A stretch of DNA of 64,000 nucleotides from an uncultured Pseudomonadales bacterium (GTDB taxonomy: Bacteria > Pseudomonadota > Gammaproteobacteria > Pseudomonadales > Cellvibrionaceae), in contig CANKXO010000007.1 in assembly GCA_947487765.1 (NCBI GenBank), forward strand, positions 22,180-86,179. Direction: 5' to 3'. The notes under the pieces were generated by a model that made no database searches, was not told where the DNA came from, and was given only the letters and a program-made list of their open reading frames with translations. Positions 59,023 through 64,000 of the stretch are shown here, piece after piece (within the stretch, counting starts at the first letter, position 1; each line of letters starts with the position of its first letter). The position numbers and the translations under genes were made by a program.

Positions 59023-59544
59023 ATGAACTTAACTAGAGAGGTCAATATTATGCAGATAGCTATTTATTCAAACGATTTTGCCATTACAGAGGGTATTAGA
59101 GAGCATATTAACCGTAAATTACGTTTTGCTCTGGCGCGAGTGAGGTCTCATATTAAATCAGTCTCTATAAGGCTGGGCGATATTAATGGCCCTAAAGGCG
59201 GAAGAGATAAGCGCTGCCTCCTAACGGTATCTATCAGTAATACTCAGGAATTAGTGATTTATGATGTTCAAGTCGATATGTACCACGCCATCGATAATGC
59301 GCTAAGTCGATTAAGCCGCGTCGCGGTGAGAAAAATCGATCGTCTACAAAAACGAAAAAGGCAAGCAATGAAAATGATTCGATCAAGAGAACCTCAAGAA
59401 GATGATATGCAGCTCAATCATAACGATATTGAACCCTATTACTATGACCGGCTACAGGGGGAAGAAGGCTTGCTGCAGCATGACAGCTATGGGCAGGCTC
59501 TAGAGGAAATGGATCAAGTCACTGATAAAAAAACGCAACAATAA
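59023..59544 (+). CDS. Ribosome hibernation factor / RaiA (HPF) family protein with C-terminal extension
   Basis: MQIAIYSNDFAITEGIREHINRKL...YHAIDNALSRLSRVAVRKIDRLQKRK beta-alpha-beta-beta-beta-alpha pattern of HPF; likely start at 59050. Confidence 0.6.
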   Translation: MNLTREVNIMQIAIYSNDFAITEGIREHINRKLRFALARVRSHIKSVSIRLGDINGPKGGRDKRCLLTVSISNTQELVIYDVQVDMYHAIDNALSRLSRVAVRKIDRLQKRKRQAMKMIRSREPQEDDMQLNHNDIEPYYYDRLQGEEGLLQHDSYGQALEEMDQVTDKKTQQ

Positions 59545-59580
59545 ACGAAAGTTTATATAAATACTGTAGAGAGGTTTACT

Positions 59581-60267
59581 ATGTTGAATTCTAATTCTCA
59601 TCAAGAGACTCAGATAAAAAGTGCTGTTTATGATGTTTCTTATGAGCCCGCATCGAAAGTGTTGCGTAATACCTACGCTTTGTTATCGATGACATTGTTG
59701 TTTAGTGCTGTTGTGGCAGGCATCACGGCTTCACTTAACTTACCGCATCCAGGCTTGATTATTACTTTAGTTGGGTATTTCGGATTGCTGTTTTTAACCA
59801 CTAAATTCCGCAATAGCGCAAAAGGCATACTCTGTATTTTTGCTCTAACAGGTTTTATGGGGTACACCATCGGCCCTATTGTTAATGCTTATCTCAGTAT
59901 GAGTCATGGTCCACAGTTAGTGATGATGGCAATGGCATCAACTGGGCTCATCTTCTTGTCTCTCTCAGCCTATGCTCTCATGAGTAAAAAAGATTTCAGT
60001 TTTATGGGGTCTTTTTTAATGGTCGGTATTTTAGTTGCTTTCCTTTTGGGGCTGGGCGCATTGCTTTTTGATGTATCTGGGTTGTCTCTAGCTGTTTCGG
60101 CAATGTTTGTGTTATTGATGAGTGGGCTTATCCTGTACCAGACTAGCCAAATTATTCATGGTGGCGAGACGAATTACATCATGGCGACGACCACATTATT
60201 TGTCTCTATCTTTAATCTGTTTACCAGTCTTCTGCACTTGCTTGGTTTTATGGGGAGTAGCGAATAG
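59581..60267 (+). CDS. Bax-inhibitor-1/YccA-family membrane protein
   Basis: 7-TM 228 aa, BI-1 pattern. Confidence 0.75.
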   Translation: MLNSNSHQETQIKSAVYDVSYEPASKVLRNTYALLSMTLLFSAVVAGITASLNLPHPGLIITLVGYFGLLFLTTKFRNSAKGILCIFALTGFMGYTIGPIVNAYLSMSHGPQLVMMAMASTGLIFLSLSAYALMSKKDFSFMGSFLMVGILVAFLLGLGALLFDVSGLSLAVSAMFVLLMSGLILYQTSQIIHGGETNYIMATTTLFVSIFNLFTSLLHLLGFMGSSE

Positions 60268-60369
60268 AAAGCATTAAATGATACCCTTTTGCCCATGTCA
60301 GATCCCTCTCGTCCTGACATGGGCTTTTTTACGCCTGAAAATTCATTATAGAAGTAGATAAAAGCAAAT

Positions 60370-61305
60370 ATGGATCCCATTATATTATTCTTCTTGTTCG
60401 GCATTCTTGCCGGAGTTGCCCGCTCTCCGCTACGTCTACCAAGCCAAGTGTACGACTTTATCACTCTAGTTTTATTAATATCTATTGGGTTAAAAGGCGG
60501 TGTAGAGCTTTCTAAGTTATCCTTTTCAGCTCTTCTTCCACAAATAACAACTGTCTTGTTAATGGGGTTTATCTTACCTCTAGTCGCTTTTCCCATCTTA
60601 TTTTCAATGGGGCGATTTAAGCGGGCAGATGCTGCATCAATTGCGGCGCATTATGGCTCTGTCAGTGTCGGTACTTTCGCCGTGGCGGTTGCGTATATGA
60701 GTTCCCAAGCAATACCTTTTGAGGAACATGTTGCATTATTTGTCGTCTTGCTTGAAATCCCCGCCATTCTTGTTGGTATTGTGTTAGCAAAAGGCTTAAA
60801 TAGTGAGACACATTGGGGAAAGATTGCCCACGAAGTTTTTTTGGGCAAAGGTGTTATTCTATTAGTTGGCGGGCTTATCATTGGTTGGATTGCCGGTCCT
60901 CAAGGTGTTGCTTCGATAGAACCTCTATTCTTTGATTTATTTAAAGGAATTCTGGCGCTATTTTTATTGGAGATGGGGCTGATAACTTCTAGCCATCTTA
61001 GTAGCTTAAAAAAGCATGGAGTATTTTTGGTGTGTTTTGGAATAATCATGCCAGTGGCTTCTTCAGTTGTTGGTGCCTTAGCTGGTGTGTTCCTCAATCT
61101 GTCGATAGGTGGCACGGCAATTCTAGCGACACTTGCCGCAAGTGCGTCTTATATCGCCGTGCCTGCGGCTATGCGCATTTCTGTTCCTGAAGCGAATCCT
61201 ACGCTGTCGTTAACCGCATCTTTAGGTATTACTTTTCCGTTTAATATCGTATTTGGCATACCGCTCTATTATTATTTGAGTGGATATCTTCATACTATCA
61301 TTTGA
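60370..61305 (+). CDS. SbtA-like (DUF897) sodium-dependent bicarbonate-transporter-family permease
   Basis: polytopic 311 aa followed directly by a PII-like gene. Confidence 0.5.
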   Translation: MDPIILFFLFGILAGVARSPLRLPSQVYDFITLVLLISIGLKGGVELSKLSFSALLPQITTVLLMGFILPLVAFPILFSMGRFKRADAASIAAHYGSVSVGTFAVAVAYMSSQAIPFEEHVALFVVLLEIPAILVGIVLAKGLNSETHWGKIAHEVFLGKGVILLVGGLIIGWIAGPQGVASIEPLFFDLFKGILALFLLEMGLITSSHLSSLKKHGVFLVCFGIIMPVASSVVGALAGVFLNLSIGGTAILATLAASASYIAVPAAMRISVPEANPTLSLTASLGITFPFNIVFGIPLYYYLSGYLHTII

Positions 61306-61342
61306 TCGCCATCGATAGCTTAATTTAGGAGGCAACTGTTCA

Positions 61343-61660
61343 ATGAATACGCTTAATCCACAATCATCCGATCATCAGTTACTCACGATTATTACGGAGG
61401 CTGTATTAGAAAGTACGCTTGTTGAAGAAATAGAGAAGCTGGGTGCGAATGGCTATACCATTATGGATGTGCGAGGCAAAGGCCATAAAGGCGTGCGCAA
61501 TGCTGGATGGGATGCCAATGCCAATATTCGTATTGAAGTCATTTGCGGTAGTGACGTTGCTGAGTCCATTTCTGTTTATTTAAAAGAAAAGTACTATAAC
61601 GATTATGCGATGGTCATTTTCACTGTTGATGTGAACGTTATGCGGCCCGAAAAATTCTAA
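61343..61660 (+). CDS. PII-like (SbtB-like) small regulatory protein
   Basis: 105 aa, GYTIMDVRGKGHKG PII-like core. Confidence 0.55.
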   Translation: MNTLNPQSSDHQLLTIITEAVLESTLVEEIEKLGANGYTIMDVRGKGHKGVRNAGWDANANIRIEVICGSDVAESISVYLKEKYYNDYAMVIFTVDVNVMRPEKF

Positions 61661-61717
61661 GGTATACTTTTCTCCTCTATATCTTCATCTTAAATCACAT
61701 ACACCTAAACGGATCTA

Positions 61718-62563
61718 ATGAAAAAAACAATACTAGTCACCGGTTGTTCCAGCGGCATAGGCAAATGTGTCGCCTATGGTTTACGTGATAAAGGGTATGT
61801 TGTCTATCCTACCGCGAGAAGGGCAGACGATGTACAGCAACTAATTGACGATGGTTTTGACGCAATTCAACTGGATTATGCCGATAGCGAGAGTGTCCAA
61901 AGTGCTTTTGCATCATTAATGCAAAAAACAAACAACGAGCTATATGCTGTGTTTCATAACGGCGCTTATGGGCAGCCAGGTGCAGTAGAAGATCTCACAA
62001 GAGAAACCTTAGAAAAACAATTCTCTACCAATGTGTTTGGTTGGCATCAGCTAAATAATTTACTCTTGCCCATTATGAGAAAACAAAGCTATGGGCGAAT
62101 ACTGATAAACAGTTCTGTGCTGGGTATTATTGCGTTTCCTATGCGTGGTGCATACAACGCCTCTAAATTTGCCTTGGAGGGTTTGTTTGACACATTGCGT
62201 TTGGAGTTGAAAAACACGGGTATTTTTATTTCCTTAATTGAACCAGGTCCCATAACCAGTGATTTTAGAAAAAATGCTAAAAAGGCATTTGAAAACAATG
62301 TGTATACTAATAAGGCTGTAATGGAAAAAAGCGCTCATAAAAATCATTATCAGCAAGTGTTAGAGCGACTCAATAAAGAAGGTCATGTTGACCCTTTTAC
62401 CTTACCGCCCGAAGCTGTACTCAAAAGAGTCGAACATGCTCTTACTAGTTCGAGGCCAAGTATTCGGTATCCTGTGACTTTCCCTACTTATTTTTTAGGT
62501 TTTTTAAAAAGAATCTTGCCTCATCGTTGTTTGGATTGGGTACTGTTAAAAGCCTCTAAGTAA
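61718..62563 (+). CDS. SDR-family oxidoreductase
   Basis: TGCSSGIGK, YNASKFAL (YxxxK). Confidence 0.85.
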   Translation: MKKTILVTGCSSGIGKCVAYGLRDKGYVVYPTARRADDVQQLIDDGFDAIQLDYADSESVQSAFASLMQKTNNELYAVFHNGAYGQPGAVEDLTRETLEKQFSTNVFGWHQLNNLLLPIMRKQSYGRILINSSVLGIIAFPMRGAYNASKFALEGLFDTLRLELKNTGIFISLIEPGPITSDFRKNAKKAFENNVYTNKAVMEKSAHKNHYQQVLERLNKEGHVDPFTLPPEAVLKRVEHALTSSRPSIRYPVTFPTYFLGFLKRILPHRCLDWVLLKASK

Positions 62564-62963
62564 AATACCTAATAAAAAGCATAAGCGAATATAACGGATA
62601 GTTAATAAAACGGCTGTTGTGTTGTGCTCTATTGGTTTATCGCCTGTAAATGTTTGCCTATAACTATTTTTATAGGTGAATCCTTCTAGAAATTCCAAAT
62701 TGCTATTCCCTTGGTTATATCAAAGAACGTGCTCGTTGAGATGCTGTTTGGGGAGGTATAGACTACTCGCATATCAGATTGAATACGCGAAAGTGCCCAA
62801 CAAATTTTCTTTGTGTGTCAGGTTGCCAGAAAAATAATAGTACCTGACAGCACTCAATAACTTTGTTTGTATTCGTTGTTTGGTTAATGTCTATTCTATT
62901 AATAGTTTATAAAACATATTTATAACAATAGTAACGCTACATAAAATATTTAAGGAGTGAACG

Positions 62964-63965
62964 ATGAAATCACTAAAATTAATAGCTCTTGCATCTGCAA
63001 TAGCGCTTGTCGCATGCGGTAAGTCTCCAGAACCAAAAGCTGAACAAGCAGCAGCACCACAAGAATCCCAAGCGCGATTTGTCACAATTGGTACGGGTGG
63101 TGTCACAGGGGTTTACTATCCAACAGGTGGTGCCATTTGTCGCTTAGTTAATCAAAAACGCAGTGAACATGGTATTCGGTGTTCTGTAGAGAGTACGGGT
63201 GGTTCGGTTTATAACATTAATACGATTCGCGGTGGCGAGTTAGATATGGGTGTGGCCCAATCTGATTGGCAGTATCACGCTTATAATGGAACCAGCAAAT
63301 TTAAAGATGCAGGTGCGTTTAAAGACTTGCGCGCAGTCTTTTCTGTTCATGCTGAGCCATTCACCGTTGTTGCTAGAGCGGATGCAGGTGTGAAAACATT
63401 CGATGACCTAAAAGGTAAGCGTGTTAATGTTGGCAACCCTGGTTCTGGACAACGCGGAACAACTGAAGTGCTATTGGATGCACTAGGCTGGACATTAGAT
63501 GATTTTTCTCTGGCATCAGAATTGAAAGCCGCTGAGCAATCGAAAGCCTTATGTGATAACAAAATTGACGCCATGGTATATGTAGTAGGGCACCCAAGTG
63601 GCTCTATCAAAGAAGCAACCACATCATGTGATAGTGTACTTGTTGAAGTCTCGGGTTCTGCTGTTGACGGTTTAGTGAATGACAATAGCTTCTACCGTAA
63701 AGCAACCGTTCCTGGTGGCATGTATTCTGGTAATGCAAATGATGTAGCAACCTTTGGTGTTGGTGCAACCTTTGTGTCTTCTGCTGCTGTTCCAGACGAT
63801 GTTATCTATGAAGTAGTTAAAGCAGTCTTCGAAAACTTTGAAGCATTTACAAAGTTTCACCCTGCGTTTGCTAACTTGAAAAAACCAGAAATGATTAAAG
63901 ACAGTCTTTCTGCTCCATTACACCCTGGCGCTGCTAAATATTATAAAGAAGCCGGTTTAATGTAA
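62964..63965 (+). CDS. TAXI-family TRAP solute-binding lipoprotein
   Basis: lipobox LVACG; [29 protein letters not shown] signature. Confidence 0.8.
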   Translation: MKSLKLIALASAIALVACGKSPEPKAEQAAAPQESQARFVTIGTGGVTGVYYPTGGAICRLVNQKRSEHGIRCSVESTGGSVYNINTIRGGELDMGVAQSDWQYHAYNGTSKFKDAGAFKDLRAVFSVHAEPFTVVARADAGVKTFDDLKGKRVNVGNPGSGQRGTTEVLLDALGWTLDDFSLASELKAAEQSKALCDNKIDAMVYVVGHPSGSIKEATTSCDSVLVEVSGSAVDGLVNDNSFYRKATVPGGMYSGNANDVATFGVGATFVSSAAVPDDVIYEVVKAVFENFEAFTKFHPAFANLKKPEMIKDSLSAPLHPGAAKYYKEAGLM

Positions 63966-64000
63966 TCGTTGTTCAAAACAAGCCAGCATTTGCTGGCTTG

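Noticed and set aside
1-64000. CRISPR arrays, integrases, transposases, IS elements
   Set aside because: No direct-repeat/spacer periodicity and no tyrosine or serine recombinase or DDE transposase motifs were seen in any ORF. The island's mobility mechanism therefore stays unexplained.

Overview
The window begins with core gammaproteobacterial genes: rpsM (3' end), rpsK, rpsD, rpoA, rplQ, then a REC-GGDEF-EAL protein, uvrA, an MFS transporter, ssb, an MFP-RND-OMF efflux operon, a small K+ channel, gltS, and a LysR-controlled catabolic cluster. Between about 25.3 and 46.2 kb it contains a roughly 21-kb accessory island. Its features are: (i) an array of about 20 tRNA or tRNA-like genes, several of which are 100-160 nt long, built from tRNA-type acceptor/D/T elements around 70-100-nt structured inserts, two of them paralogous; (ii) two RtcB RNA ligases, the first embedded in the array next to an HNH nuclease; (iii) a CCA-adding enzyme plus a pol-beta nucleotidyltransferase; (iv) an RtcB2-PrfH ribosome-rescue pair; (v) an SPFH protein; and (vi) a retron, comprising an a1/a2-flanked msr-msd ncRNA, an RT with NAxxH/VTG motifs and a C-terminal TM anchor, a SWIM zinc-finger protein and a 1058-aa WGR/helical-repeat (DUF4132-like) protein. 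No integrase, transposase or CRISPR array is visible anywhere in the window. The right arm (48-64 kb) carries a second catabolic cluster, apparently for a gamma-glutamyl/amine-type substrate, and housekeeping membrane genes. All calls come from reading the sequence and motifs by eye; no searches were run.
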